DNA of 64,000 bases, taken from contig JBMSYB010000004.1 of the NCBI GenBank assembly GCA_049426285.1, positions 3,800 to 67,799 of the forward strand. Direction: 5' to 3'. Below the pieces are notes generated by a model. That model made no database searches, was not told the DNA's origin, and was given only the letters and a program-made list of their open reading frames with translations. Position 1 is the first letter of the stretch. Every line of letters begins with the position of its first letter. The DNA is from Burkholderiaceae bacterium (GTDB taxonomy: Bacteria; Pseudomonadota; Gammaproteobacteria; Burkholderiales; Burkholderiaceae_A). The position numbers and the translations under genes were made by a program. Of the stretch, positions 1 through 8,775 are shown in pieces.

Positions 1-138
1 TGCTGCGGCAGAGATGCCGAAGGCCTGCATGATCTGTGGCCCGAGGGGCATCATGACCATGAAATCGACGATATGACTGAACTGAATGCCCGCCAGCACC
101 CATAAGAATCGTTTTTCCTGCAAGGGGCTAAGCGACAT
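1..138 (-). CDS. MFS transporter, N-terminal part (runs off the left window edge)
   Basis: Manual translation from ATG at 138 gives MSLSPLQEKRFLWVLAGIQFSHIVDFMVMMPLGPQIMQAFGISAAA, a typical MFS TM1 pattern (IQF.HI.DFM.MMPLGP). Not in the ORF track. Confidence 0.75.
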   Translation of the reverse strand, partial: MSLSPLQEKRFLWVLAGIQFSHIVDFMVMMPLGPQIMQAFGISAAA

Positions 139-151
139 TTGGGCCAGACAG

Positions 152-225
152 TGGAGGCGGGACCCGGAATCGAACCGAGGTACACGGCTTTGCAGGCCGC
201 TGCATAACCACTCTGCCATTCCGCC
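152..225 (-). tRNA. tRNA-Cys (GCA)
   Basis: The reverse complement GGCGGAATGGCAGAGTGGTTATGCAGCGGCCTGCAAAGCCGTGTACCTCGGTTCGATTCCGGGTCCCGCCTCCA folds as a cloverleaf with anticodon GCA, a TTCGA T-loop and an encoded CCA. Confidence 0.97.
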
Positions 226-235
226 AGCGCATCAC

Positions 236-275
236 AAAAGACAAAGGGAAGCGTTTGAAACAGCCGCTTCCCTTT
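236..275 (-). terminator. Terminator-like hairpin between tRNA-Gly and tRNA-Cys
   Basis: 11-bp perfect stem AAAGGGAAGCG (243-253) / CGCTTCCCTTT (265-275) with an 11-nt loop, followed by GTCTTTT on the minus strand. Confidence 0.55.
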
Positions 276-280
276 TGAAC

Positions 281-356
281 TGGAGCGGGAGACGAGTCTC
301 GAACTCGCGACCTCAACCTTGGCAAGGTTGCGCTCTACCAACTGAGCTACTCCCGC
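281..356 (-). tRNA. tRNA-Gly (GCC)
   Basis: The reverse complement GCGGGAGTAGCTCAGTTGGTAGAGCGCAACCTTGCCAAGGTTGAGGTCGCGAGTTCGAGACTCGTCTCCCGCTCCA has anticodon GCC and an encoded CCA. Confidence 0.97.
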
Positions 357-368
357 AGTAAGCCCTGC

Positions 369-397
369 ATTATAGGTTCCTAGGGCGCTTCCCGCAA
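369..397 (-). promoter_or_regulatory. sigma70 promoter for the tRNA-Gly/Cys operon
   Basis: Minus strand TTGCGG-N17-TATAAT followed by a GC-rich discriminator (GCAGGGC), just upstream of tRNA-Gly. Confidence 0.7.
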
Positions 398-449
398 ATA
401 GATCTGCACCACCTTGCCTAGCGCTTTACTGGCGGCGTGAAGCCCCTGG

Positions 450-1022
450 CTAGGAACGCCGCCGAATCTCAGGGGCGGCCTTCACAAGGTAGTAGACCAT
501 GGACAGAAAGGTAAGTGCCGCGGCAAACTGAATCAGCCAGTCGCCCCAGTGCTGGGTGTGTATCGCTCCGTCGAAGATCGGCCCGTAGTACAGCAGAAAG
601 GGAATCGCCACCATCTGGGCAATGGTCTTTGCCTTGCCCAGCCAGTTCACAGCCACACTGCGGCGCGCGCCGATCTCAGCCATCCACTCCCGCAGGGCAG
701 AGATAGTGATCTCTCGACCAATAATGATCAGGCCAATGATGGGACCGACCCGGCCCGCGTCAATTAGGGCTACCAGCGCTGCACAGACCATAAGCTTGTC
801 CGCCACAGGATCGAGAAAGGCGCCAAAAGACGAGGTCTGGTTCCAGCGTCTGGCCAGCCAGCCATCAATCCAGTCGGTCAGCGCCGCGGCCACGAAAATC
901 GCTGTTGTCAGCATATTGCGCTCGTGTACCGAAAGGCCCAGGGGAAGGTAGAACACCCCTAGAAACATCGGTATCGCAAGAATTCGGGCCCAGGTGAGCA
1001 GGTTCGGAAGGTTTAGCACCAT
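450..1022 (-). CDS. pgsA: CDP-diacylglycerol--glycerol-3-phosphate 3-phosphatidyltransferase
   Basis: NLPNLLT start and CDP-alcohol phosphotransferase motif D..DG..AR...Q.S.FG.FLDPVADK. Classic position upstream of tRNA-Gly/Cys. Confidence 0.96.
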   Translation of the reverse strand: MVLNLPNLLTWARILAIPMFLGVFYLPLGLSVHERNMLTTAIFVAAALTDWIDGWLARRWNQTSSFGAFLDPVADKLMVCAALVALIDAGRVGPIIGLIIIGREITISALREWMAEIGARRSVAVNWLGKAKTIAQMVAIPFLLYYGPIFDGAIHTQHWGDWLIQFAAALTFLSMVYYLVKAAPEIRRRS

Positions 1023-1270
1023 AGAGGCGAATCATAGCCGCTTCGCCTGGGCGCACGCCTAGGCCTGGTTGGAAGCGCCCTGATCGGACGTCTCCCTGAA
1101 TTAGTGCAGAAAAAGATTGACGCTCGCGCCGATTTCCGGAGAGAATGCTGCTGCGCAACATTTTGCATTTCTTTTTTAAGTGTCCTTAATCCTCGCGCTG
1201 GTGTCTGAACCCTGAGGTGCCCGAGCCAGTTTGCAATGTAGTGTTCCTTCAACCTAACCGTTAATCGACC

Positions 1271-1714
1271 ATGGAAAATACCGTTTACAGCGATATCTCA
1301 GTCGGCCAATCGGCCAGTGAATCGGCAACCCTCACCCCCAAGGCCATCCGCGACTTTGCCGATGTAACGGGCGATACCAACCCAGCCCACCTCGACCCAG
1401 ACTTTGCCCGCAAAACCATCATGAAAGACGTCGTCGGCCATGGCATGTGGAGTGGCGCGCTGTTTTCGCGCATCTTGGGCACGCAGTTTCCTGGGCCTGG
1501 CACCATCTACCTGGGGCAGACCTTTAAATTTCGCCGACCGGTCTATGTGAACGATGTGATTACCGCCACCGTAACGGTAACCAAGAAAGACGATGCCAAG
1601 GGCATGGTCTGGCTTGATACCGTGGTCAAGAACCAACGGGGCGAACTCGTGATTGAGGGCGAGGCCACCATTCTGGCGCCTCAGGTGAAGTTCAAGGCTG
1701 CCCGGGCCGCCTAG
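1271..1714 (+). CDS. MaoC/PhaJ-like (R)-specific enoyl-CoA hydratase
   Basis: Hydratase motif FA..TGD.NP.H.D and GHGM, followed by PGPGTIYL.Q.F.F.RPV. Confidence 0.88.
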   Translation: MENTVYSDISVGQSASESATLTPKAIRDFADVTGDTNPAHLDPDFARKTIMKDVVGHGMWSGALFSRILGTQFPGPGTIYLGQTFKFRRPVYVNDVITATVTVTKKDDAKGMVWLDTVVKNQRGELVIEGEATILAPQVKFKAARAA

Positions 1715-2562
1715 GCGGTAGCACTGCTGCTATTTGGCCCTGCGGTATGGGCTAAGAACTTCTCTACGGCAGAGATCACCTCTTGCGGCTGGTCTTTGTG
1801 GGGGGAATGGCCGCACTGGGCAATTTTGTGCAGCCGGGCTTGTGAGACCCGCGCTGCGATTCCGTCAATCTGGGCCATGGTGCCGTACTCATCGTTCTCG
1901 CCTTGGATTGCCAGGACAGGACAGGTAATCGCGTCGAGCTCCGACTCAATCGACCATGCACGAAACCGGGCATCAAGCCAGATATCGTTCCAGCCCCAGA
2001 AGGCGGAGTCAGGCTGCCGATGGTGTCTGCCCAGCCTTTGCTTGAGGTCTGTTGCAAGATAGGCCTCGCGCGCCTTTTGAATGTTCTCTACCGTAATGTC
2101 TTCGACCATGATGTGCGGCGCCGCCACAACAATACCGGCAAGCGACTGGGACTGACGCGCCGCATAGAGCAGGCTGATCGAACCGCCATCGCTGTGGCCG
2201 AAAAGGTAGATAGGCTGATCACTCGGCGCAACCCCAAGCGCCTGAAGAAATGCCGGTAGCACTTCAAAGGCCTGTCGGTGCATGAAGTCTGGCTGCCAGC
2301 GTTCGTTGCCTGGCCGAGGAGTGGAATTTCCATAGCCAGGCCGGGAGTAGACCAGGCCTCGCAGGCCCAGTGTCCTGCAGAGCTGATCCGGAAAGTCTCT
2401 CCACATAGACACCGACCCCAGGCCCTCGTGCAGAAAGACCATGATCGGAGCAGGTGACGGAGCCCAGCGTGTTGCGGGCAGAGGGCTGCTTTCCTCGGTC
2501 GCGTCGGTCCATCGATACTCGATATCGATGCTGCGACCGGCCCAAGATATGCCGACGTTCAC
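1711..2562 (-). CDS. Alpha/beta-fold hydrolase associated with the box cluster
   Basis: FLHEGLGS oxyanion region, GHSDGG nucleophile, QGENDEYG acid and GHSPH histidine. Its start overlaps the ligase stop (2559-2562). Confidence 0.88.
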   Translation of the reverse strand: MNVGISWAGRSIDIEYRWTDATEESSPLPATRWAPSPAPIMVFLHEGLGSVSMWRDFPDQLCRTLGLRGLVYSRPGYGNSTPRPGNERWQPDFMHRQAFEVLPAFLQALGVAPSDQPIYLFGHSDGGSISLLYAARQSQSLAGIVVAAPHIMVEDITVENIQKAREAYLATDLKQRLGRHHRQPDSAFWGWNDIWLDARFRAWSIESELDAITCPVLAIQGENDEYGTMAQIDGIAARVSQARLHKIAQCGHSPHKDQPQEVISAVEKFLAHTAGPNSSSATA

Positions 2563-4199
2563 TTGCTCTGGTGCTCCTGTTCGCGAAGACGAAATCGCTG
2601 GATCTTGCCAGTGGCGGTCTTGGGTAGCTCATCGACAAAGGCAAAAAACCGAGGGTACTTGTAGGCCGCGAGCTTCTCTTTGGTAAAGGCCTTGAGTTCC
2701 TCTTCGGATACCTGCTGCCCCGGCTTGCGCACCACGAAGGCCTTAGTCTTGGTAAGCCCTTCGGCATCGGAGATACCGATGACAGCGGCCTCTAAGATGG
2801 CCGGGTGCTGCATGAGGGTGGATTCGATTTCAAACGGAGAGACATAGATGCCGCTGACCTTAAGCATGTCGTCGCTACGGCCAGCATAGGTGAAGCTGCC
2901 GTCGTCATTCTGCACATACTTGTCACCACTCTTGGTCCAGGCTCCACGAAAGGTCTCCTGCGACTTCTCGCGGTTCTGCCAGTACATCAGCGCACTGCTT
3001 GGCCCGTGAATGTAGAGGTCGCCCACCTCGCCGGGGGCAACGGGCTGGCCCTTGTCGTCACGTAACTCGATGGCATAACCCGGCACTGGCCATCCCGTGG
3101 TTCCGTAGCGCACGCGCCCGGGCTGGTTTGATAGAAAAATGTGGAGCATCTCAGTGGAGCCGATGCCATCGATGATCTCCACGCCAAAGTGCTGAGTGAA
3201 CCGTTGACCGATTTCCGCGGGCAGCGCCTCGCCTGCGGAGGAGCACATGCGTAGCGCTACCGCACTACGTGCAGGCAGATTGGGTGAGGCGAGCATGCCT
3301 GCATAGCCCGTGGGGGCCCCAAAGAAAATGGTGGGCTTGTGGTCGACCCAGCGCTTGAATACCGCATCCGGTGTGGGCCGCTCGGCCATTAAGACTACCG
3401 TTGCCCCCACCGACAGCGGAAATGACAGCCCATTGCCCAGGCCGTAGGCAAAAAAGAGCTTGGCTGCCGAGAAGCAGATATCTGACTCTTGTAGTTGCAG
3501 CACGCGCTTGCCATAGAGCTCGGCTGTCCAATAGGGGTTGCCATGGGTGTGCACCGTGCCCTTGGGCTTGCCAGTAGACCCCGAGGAATAGAGCCAGAAG
3601 GCAATCTCGTCGGCATGGGTGTCCGCACAGGCTACCATCGGGCTGGCCGCATAGAGCGCCTCAATTGCGATATCCGGCGCGCCTAGCGAGGCACTTGGCG
3701 AAGCATTGGCCGACGACGTATCGGCAAGCCCCGACACGATAACCGTCTTGGGCTTTGCCGATGATTTTTCGATCGCCTGGGCGAGGGCAGCCCGCAGAGG
3801 CGCTGAGACGAGCGCAGCCTTGGCCTGGCTGTGCGTCAACATGTAGGCATAGTCGTCTGCTGATAAAAGGGTATTTACCGCCACCGGAACAATGCCCGCA
3901 TAGAGGCATCCCAGAAAGCTCACCGGCCAGTCGTTGCTGTCGTGCATGAGCAGCAAGACACGGTCTTCGCGTTGCAGGCCTTGGTTCAGAAGCCCTTGGG
4001 CGATGCGCTGCGCCCGGTCTTGAAGTTCTCCGTAGCGCAGACTGCCACGGTCGTCGATAAATGCGGGCTTATGGGCCCGTTGGGCATTGACCCGAAAGAG
4101 ATGGTCTGCAAAGTTAAAAGAAGCCCCGGGGGCCGGGACTGCTGCGGCCGATGTCTTGGACTGGTCTAACCCTGTTGCCAGGGGTTCTGCGTGCTGCAT
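2559..4199 (-). CDS. bclA: Benzoate-CoA ligase
   Basis: Adenylation motifs WLYSSGSTGKPKG, AAKLFFAYGLGN, IIDGIGSTEMLHIFLSN, GRSDDMLKVSG and PKTATGKIQR. Lies in a box cluster with a strong AGGAG RBS. Confidence 0.9.
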   Translation of the reverse strand: MQHAEPLATGLDQSKTSAAAVPAPGASFNFADHLFRVNAQRAHKPAFIDDRGSLRYGELQDRAQRIAQGLLNQGLQREDRVLLLMHDSNDWPVSFLGCLYAGIVPVAVNTLLSADDYAYMLTHSQAKAALVSAPLRAALAQAIEKSSAKPKTVIVSGLADTSSANASPSASLGAPDIAIEALYAASPMVACADTHADEIAFWLYSSGSTGKPKGTVHTHGNPYWTAELYGKRVLQLQESDICFSAAKLFFAYGLGNGLSFPLSVGATVVLMAERPTPDAVFKRWVDHKPTIFFGAPTGYAGMLASPNLPARSAVALRMCSSAGEALPAEIGQRFTQHFGVEIIDGIGSTEMLHIFLSNQPGRVRYGTTGWPVPGYAIELRDDKGQPVAPGEVGDLYIHGPSSALMYWQNREKSQETFRGAWTKSGDKYVQNDDGSFTYAGRSDDMLKVSGIYVSPFEIESTLMQHPAILEAAVIGISDAEGLTKTKAFVVRKPGQQVSEEELKAFTKEKLAAYKYPRFFAFVDELPKTATGKIQRFRLREQEHQSK

Positions 4200-4267
4200 G
4201 GTCTTGTCTCCTATCCCCGGGGAATGTTTTCTCTCTCGGGTCTTTTCTACTGGTTAAGGGAAAAAAT

Positions 4268-5812
4268 CTAAAGTGCGGCAAGAACCTCCGTGCTGGCCTG
4301 AAGGGCAGAGCGTTGGTGATAAAACTGCAGCGCGCGGGAGCCGCCGAGTTCCTCTCCACCGCCTGCGCGGCCGGGCCCTCCGTGAATCGACTGCGGCATG
4401 ACATTGCCATGGCCTGTCTGCAAAGCTGCGACGTCCGGGCTGATGACATGCACGCGACCGTGATAGGGTGCCACCGCGTATGCGGCCTGCGCCAAGGCTA
4501 TTGGGTCCTTGCCATAGATTGAGGTCACCAGCGAGCCTTGGCCCCTTGCGATTAGCCCATACGCCTGCTCTAGGCTCTTGTAGGGCATAAGGGTGGCCAC
4601 CGGTCCAAAGACCTCCAGGTCGTGCACCAGAGGCCGGCCCTCCGGATCGGTGCAGCCTAGGAGCACCGGGCCCAAGCAGCAGGCAATCGCAGGATCCGCA
4701 TCCACCAGAGGGGCACCGCGTCCATCGAAGAGCAGGTCGGCCTGAGCGCTGAGCTGACCGATTCCTTCACATACGGTTACGAACTGCTCGCGGCTCACCA
4801 GGGCACCCATGCGCACAGACTCATTGCGCGGGTTTCCTACGGTGACCTTCTGCAGGCGCGCCCCAATGGCTGCTGCTGCCTTCTCGTAGAGGGCCTCGGG
4901 AACGAAGACACGACGAATCGCTGTGCACTTCTGGCCGGACTTCACAGTCATTTCCCGGCTGACTTCTTTGGCAAGCAGCTCCAAGGTTTCTGAAGAGTCT
5001 GCGGCATCAGGAAGCAGCAGCGCACTGTTGAGGCTATCGGCCTCAATATTGACGCGCACCGAATGCCCCGTGACTGCGCGATGGCTGCGAATCAGTGCTC
5101 CAGTATCTGCGGACCCAGTAAACGAGACCATGTCAAAAGGGGTAAGTGCATCCAGAAGCCCCGCAGAACTGCCGCAGACAATCGACAGGGCACCCGGGGG
5201 CAGAATCTGGGCATCGATCACGTCCTGCACCATCTGGTGGGTGAGCCAGGCAGTGGCCGTGGCCGGCTTCACCACCACAGGAACCCCAGAAAGCAGCGCG
5301 GGGGCGGCCTTTTCCCATAACCCCCAGCTCGGGAAATTAAAGGCATTGATAAAAAGCGCAAGCCCCGCACGGGGCGAGAGAATGTGCTGAGACTGAAAGA
5401 GGGGCTCTTTGCCGAGCTTCACAGCCTCGTCATCCAGCAGAAACCGGCGCGCGCCCAGTTTGTCTCCCAGCCGGGCATAGGTCGAGAGCGTGTAGATGCC
5501 GCCATCGACATCCACCGCGGTGTCGTTTTTTACCGTGCCGCTGTTGGCCGTGGAGATCTCGTAGTAGCGGTCACGCTGGGACTGCAACACCGCAGCGATC
5601 TTGCCGAGCATCGCACCGCGCTCTTGATAGGTCATGGAGCGCAAGGCCGGGCCCGCCTGCGACCGGGCAAAGGCAAAACCCGCCGCAAGATCTATGCCCT
5701 TTGCATCGACCTCTACTAGCGGGGTTCCCAGCACGGGGTCAGACAGGGTGATGCCTTGGCCGCTGCCGGCCTGCCATTTGCCTGCAAGGTGGTTTTCGAG
5801 CCGGGCGATCAT
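4268..5812 (-). CDS. boxD: 3,4-dehydroadipyl-CoA semialdehyde dehydrogenase
   Basis: PaaZ-like aldehyde dehydrogenase (INAFNFPSWG, FTGSA, EADSLN, KSGQKCTAIRR, EVFGPV, HGGPGRAGGGEELGG). Start moved to ATG 5812 (MIARLEN), which has an AAGGAG RBS; the ORF-track extension to 6022 is not credible. Confidence 0.88.
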   Translation of the reverse strand: MIARLENHLAGKWQAGSGQGITLSDPVLGTPLVEVDAKGIDLAAGFAFARSQAGPALRSMTYQERGAMLGKIAAVLQSQRDRYYEISTANSGTVKNDTAVDVDGGIYTLSTYARLGDKLGARRFLLDDEAVKLGKEPLFQSQHILSPRAGLALFINAFNFPSWGLWEKAAPALLSGVPVVVKPATATAWLTHQMVQDVIDAQILPPGALSIVCGSSAGLLDALTPFDMVSFTGSADTGALIRSHRAVTGHSVRVNIEADSLNSALLLPDAADSSETLELLAKEVSREMTVKSGQKCTAIRRVFVPEALYEKAAAAIGARLQKVTVGNPRNESVRMGALVSREQFVTVCEGIGQLSAQADLLFDGRGAPLVDADPAIACCLGPVLLGCTDPEGRPLVHDLEVFGPVATLMPYKSLEQAYGLIARGQGSLVTSIYGKDPIALAQAAYAVAPYHGRVHVISPDVAALQTGHGNVMPQSIHGGPGRAGGGEELGGSRALQFYHQRSALQASTEVLAAL

Positions 5813-5898
5813 GCTGTCGCTCCTTGCGTGAACTGGATCTGGCCGGCAAGGGCCTGGGTGAGTGCGGCGATCTGTGATCGAAAGGTATCGGGTGTCAC
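5809..5898 (-). pseudogene. 29-codon ORF, probable internally deleted DUF4863-family gene
   Basis: GTG at 5898 with AAGGAGA 6 nt upstream encodes MTPDTFRSQIAALTQALAGQIQFTQGATA, and its TGA overlaps the boxD ATG. The two halves resemble my recollection of the N-terminus and the GxIxFT C-terminus of DUF4863 proteins found at this position in box clusters. Confidence 0.55.
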
Positions 5899-5972
5899 GG
5901 CGCGTCTCCTTGGTTGTTCTCTGGGGCCTACCCCGATGCGCAGGGGTCTCAGGCTTGCTCGAGTTGCGGTTA

Positions 5973-5994
5973 TGCAGTATCGTGCAGGTATGCA
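5973..5994. promoter_or_regulatory. Putative BoxR operator (TGCA repeats) in the boxD/boxR divergent region
   Basis: TGCA-gtatcg-TGCA (5973-5986) plus a third TGCA (5991-5994). BzdR/BoxR-family operators are built from TGCA repeats. Confidence 0.55.
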
Positions 5995-6015
5995 CATTAG
6001 ATCTCATTTCCCAAT

Positions 6016-6930
6016 ATGTCAAGCACTATAGTTCATATTTTCGGTCAGGATGCTGGAACAGAGGAGAAAAACCCTTTCCTGGTGGCGCTCGGCGAGCGCG
6101 TGAAAACCGCCCGAGCTCGCAAGGGAATGACCCGTCGGGCCCTTGCCCAGGCGGCTGAGGTATCGGATCGGCACCTTGCGAACCTTGAATATGGGCTAGG
6201 CAACCCGTCTATTCTGGTACTTCTGCAGGTGGCCAACGCCCTGCAGTGTTCTTTGGCGGAGCTTGTCGGCGATGTGACCACCCAGAGCCCAGAGTGGCTT
6301 TTGCTAAGAGAACTTCTGCAGCAGCAGGATGAGGCGTCTCTACGCCGAATTCGGTTGCAGATCTCAGATTCTCTTGGCCTGGTAAAGCCCGGTTCAAGGG
6401 AGAAGAGCCGGCGTCTCGCCTTAATTGGTCTGCGGGGTGCGGGCAAGTCCACATTAGGGCGCATGCTCTCCGAGGACCTGGGCTTTCCGTTTGTTGAGCT
6501 CAGCCAAGAGATCGAAAAGTTTGCCGGCTGCAGCGTCGCCGAGATACAGGCCCTCTATGGGGTCAATGCCTATCGCCGGTACGAGCGACGGGCGCTCGAA
6601 GAAGCGATTCAGATCTATCCCGAGGCGGTGATTGCCACGCCGGGTGGGCTTGTCTCCGATCCTGCGACCTTTAACCTTTTGCTAAGCCACTGTTCCACCT
6701 TATGGCTCAAGGCCGACCCCGAAGACCACATGGGCCGGGTGCGGGCCCAGGGCGATCTGCGCCCGATGGCGGCCAGCCGTGAGGCCATGCAGGATCTCTG
6801 CAATATCCTTGAAGGTCGTGCGGCTTTTTATTCCAAGGCCGACCTCACCCTCGATACCAGCCGACAGCCATTGGCAGAGACTTTTGGGCTCCTGCGGGCA
6901 TCTGTAAGGGACTTCCTGGATATGCATTAA
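6016..6930 (+). CDS. boxR: Benzoyl-CoA-responsive repressor (XRE HTH plus shikimate-kinase-like domain)
   Basis: N-terminal XRE HTH (RARKGMTRRALAQAAEVSDRHLANLE) and C-terminal LIGLRGAGKSTLG P-loop. This is the BzdR/BoxR architecture. Confidence 0.93.
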   Translation: MSSTIVHIFGQDAGTEEKNPFLVALGERVKTARARKGMTRRALAQAAEVSDRHLANLEYGLGNPSILVLLQVANALQCSLAELVGDVTTQSPEWLLLRELLQQQDEASLRRIRLQISDSLGLVKPGSREKSRRLALIGLRGAGKSTLGRMLSEDLGFPFVELSQEIEKFAGCSVAEIQALYGVNAYRRYERRALEEAIQIYPEAVIATPGGLVSDPATFNLLLSHCSTLWLKADPEDHMGRVRAQGDLRPMAASREAMQDLCNILEGRAAFYSKADLTLDTSRQPLAETFGLLRASVRDFLDMH

Positions 6931-6968
6931 AGTGCTTGACACGGGAAATATTGTTGCATTATTATTCA
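6923..6968 (+). promoter_or_regulatory. boxCBA sigma70 promoter with overlapping operator-like sites
   Basis: TTGACA (6936-6941)-N18-TATTAT (6960-6965), overlapped by TGCA-N6-TGCT (6923-6936) and TGCA-N6-TTCA (6955-6968). Confidence 0.65.
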
Positions 6969-7026
6969 TGTCATAGCAGCATGCACTGCTGTAGCAACCA
7001 TCACAACACCACCTGAGGAGACAGAC

Positions 7027-8685
7027 ATGAATAGCCACCCCCGCGTCGAGTATCAGACCGATCCCACGCAGTACAAGCACCTGAAATTAAGCTTCAACGG
7101 CGCCGTAGCCACTCTGGCCGTAGACATTGACGAGAATGCAGGGCTGCGCCCCGGCTACAAGCTCAAGCTCAACAGCTACGACCTCGGCGTGGATATCGAG
7201 CTTAACGATGCCCTAAACCGTATTCGTTTCGAGCACCCCGAAGTGCGTTCGGTGGTGGTAACCAGCCTGAAGGACCGCATCTTCTGTTCGGGCGCCAACA
7301 TTTTTATGCTGGGGCTTTCCAGTCATGCCTGGAAGGTCAACTTCTGTAAGTTCACCAACGAGACCCGTAACGGTATTGAAGACTCTTCCAAGCACAGTGG
7401 CCTGAAGTTCATCGCTGCGGTCAATGGCGCCTGCGCCGGCGGTGGCTACGAGCTTGCCCTGGCCTGCGACGAGATTGTCTTGATTGATGACCGCTCCTCT
7501 TCGGTGAGTCTGCCCGAGGTACCGCTGCTGGGGGTTCTTCCCGGCACGGGCGGTCTTACCCGGGTGACTGACAAGCGCCATGTCCGCCACGACCTTGCTG
7601 ATATCTTCTGCACCACCACCGAGGGCGTGCGTGGTCAGAAGGCTAAAGACTGGCGGCTTGTGGACGAAGTGGTGAAGCCTGCGCAGTTTGCTGACTACGT
7701 GCAAAAGCGCGCCGAGCAGCTTGCGGAGCAGAGCGATCGTCCAATAGGTGCCAAAGGTATTACCCTGCCCCGCGTGGAGCGCGAGGAGACGGCCGATACG
7801 ATTAGCTACAGCCACGTGAAGATCCAACTCGACCGCGTACTGCGTACCGCAACCATCACGGTGCATGGTCCAGGCGCAGCGCTGCCTCAGACTACCGAGG
7901 CCATTGAGGCAGCGGGTGCCGCCTGGTATCCGCTGGCCCTGGCGCGTGAGCTTGATGACGCCATTCTGCAGCTTCGTACCAACGAGCTTGACATGGGTAC
8001 CTGGATTATCAAAACAGCTGGCGATGCCCAGGCGGTATTACAGATGGATGCATTGCTACAGGCGCATCAGAGCCATTGGCTCGTGCGCGAAACCTTAGGC
8101 CTCATGCGCCGTGTCTTTAGCCGGCTTGATGTCTCTTCGCGCAGTCTGTTTGCCTTGATTGAGCCGGGCTCCTGCTTTGTTGGCAGCTTTCTGGAATTTG
8201 CCCTGGCCTGCGATCGCAGCTATATGCTGGCCCTGCCCGATGATGCGCAGAAGGCCCCGAAAATCGCTGTCTCTGACATGAACTTCGGCACCTTCCCGAT
8301 GGTGACGGGTCAGAGCCGCCTTGGTCGTCGGTTCTACGATGAGGAACCCGCCATTGCCGCGGTGCAGGCGGCCAACGGGCAGATGCTCGATGCCGATGCT
8401 GCATTTGCCTTAGGCCTGGTTACCAGTAACCCCGATGACATCGACTGGGCCGATGAGGTGCGCATTGCGATTGAAGAGCGCTCTGCCATGTCGCCCGATG
8501 CCCTTACAGGTATGGAGGCTAACCTGCGGTTCAATGGCAAAGAGACCATGTTCAGTCGTATCTTTGGACGTCTGACTGCCTGGCAGAACTGGATATTCCA
8601 AAGACCCAATGCAGTAGGCGAGAAGGGCGCTTTAAAGGTCTATGGCAAAGGCGAGAAGGCCGCCTTCGACTGGAATCGCGTCTAG
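7027..8685 (+). CDS. boxC: 2,3-epoxybenzoyl-CoA dihydrolase
   Basis: Tandem crotonase fold with YKLKLNSYDLGVDIEL, HAWKVNFCKFTNETR, LPEVPLLGVLPGTGG and RLTAWQNWIFQRPNA. Confidence 0.95.
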   Translation: MNSHPRVEYQTDPTQYKHLKLSFNGAVATLAVDIDENAGLRPGYKLKLNSYDLGVDIELNDALNRIRFEHPEVRSVVVTSLKDRIFCSGANIFMLGLSSHAWKVNFCKFTNETRNGIEDSSKHSGLKFIAAVNGACAGGGYELALACDEIVLIDDRSSSVSLPEVPLLGVLPGTGGLTRVTDKRHVRHDLADIFCTTTEGVRGQKAKDWRLVDEVVKPAQFADYVQKRAEQLAEQSDRPIGAKGITLPRVEREETADTISYSHVKIQLDRVLRTATITVHGPGAALPQTTEAIEAAGAAWYPLALARELDDAILQLRTNELDMGTWIIKTAGDAQAVLQMDALLQAHQSHWLVRETLGLMRRVFSRLDVSSRSLFALIEPGSCFVGSFLEFALACDRSYMLALPDDAQKAPKIAVSDMNFGTFPMVTGQSRLGRRFYDEEPAIAAVQAANGQMLDADAAFALGLVTSNPDDIDWADEVRIAIEERSAMSPDALTGMEANLRFNGKETMFSRIFGRLTAWQNWIFQRPNAVGEKGALKVYGKGEKAAFDWNRV

Positions 8686-8775
8686 GCCAACTAGCCCTAC
8701 TGCGGCTTCAGAGCACTCACCCCAACATAGCAAACCCCTTTTTATTTAACGAACGAAATTTCAAAGGAGCAGACC

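Noticed and set aside
51-361. ORF-track ORFs 51-341, 86-361 and 128-325
   Set aside because: They are translations through tRNA-Gly and tRNA-Cys.
5813-6022. 70-aa N-terminal extension of boxD in the ORF track
   Set aside because: It overlaps the boxR start and operator region, and a strong RBS precedes ATG 5812.
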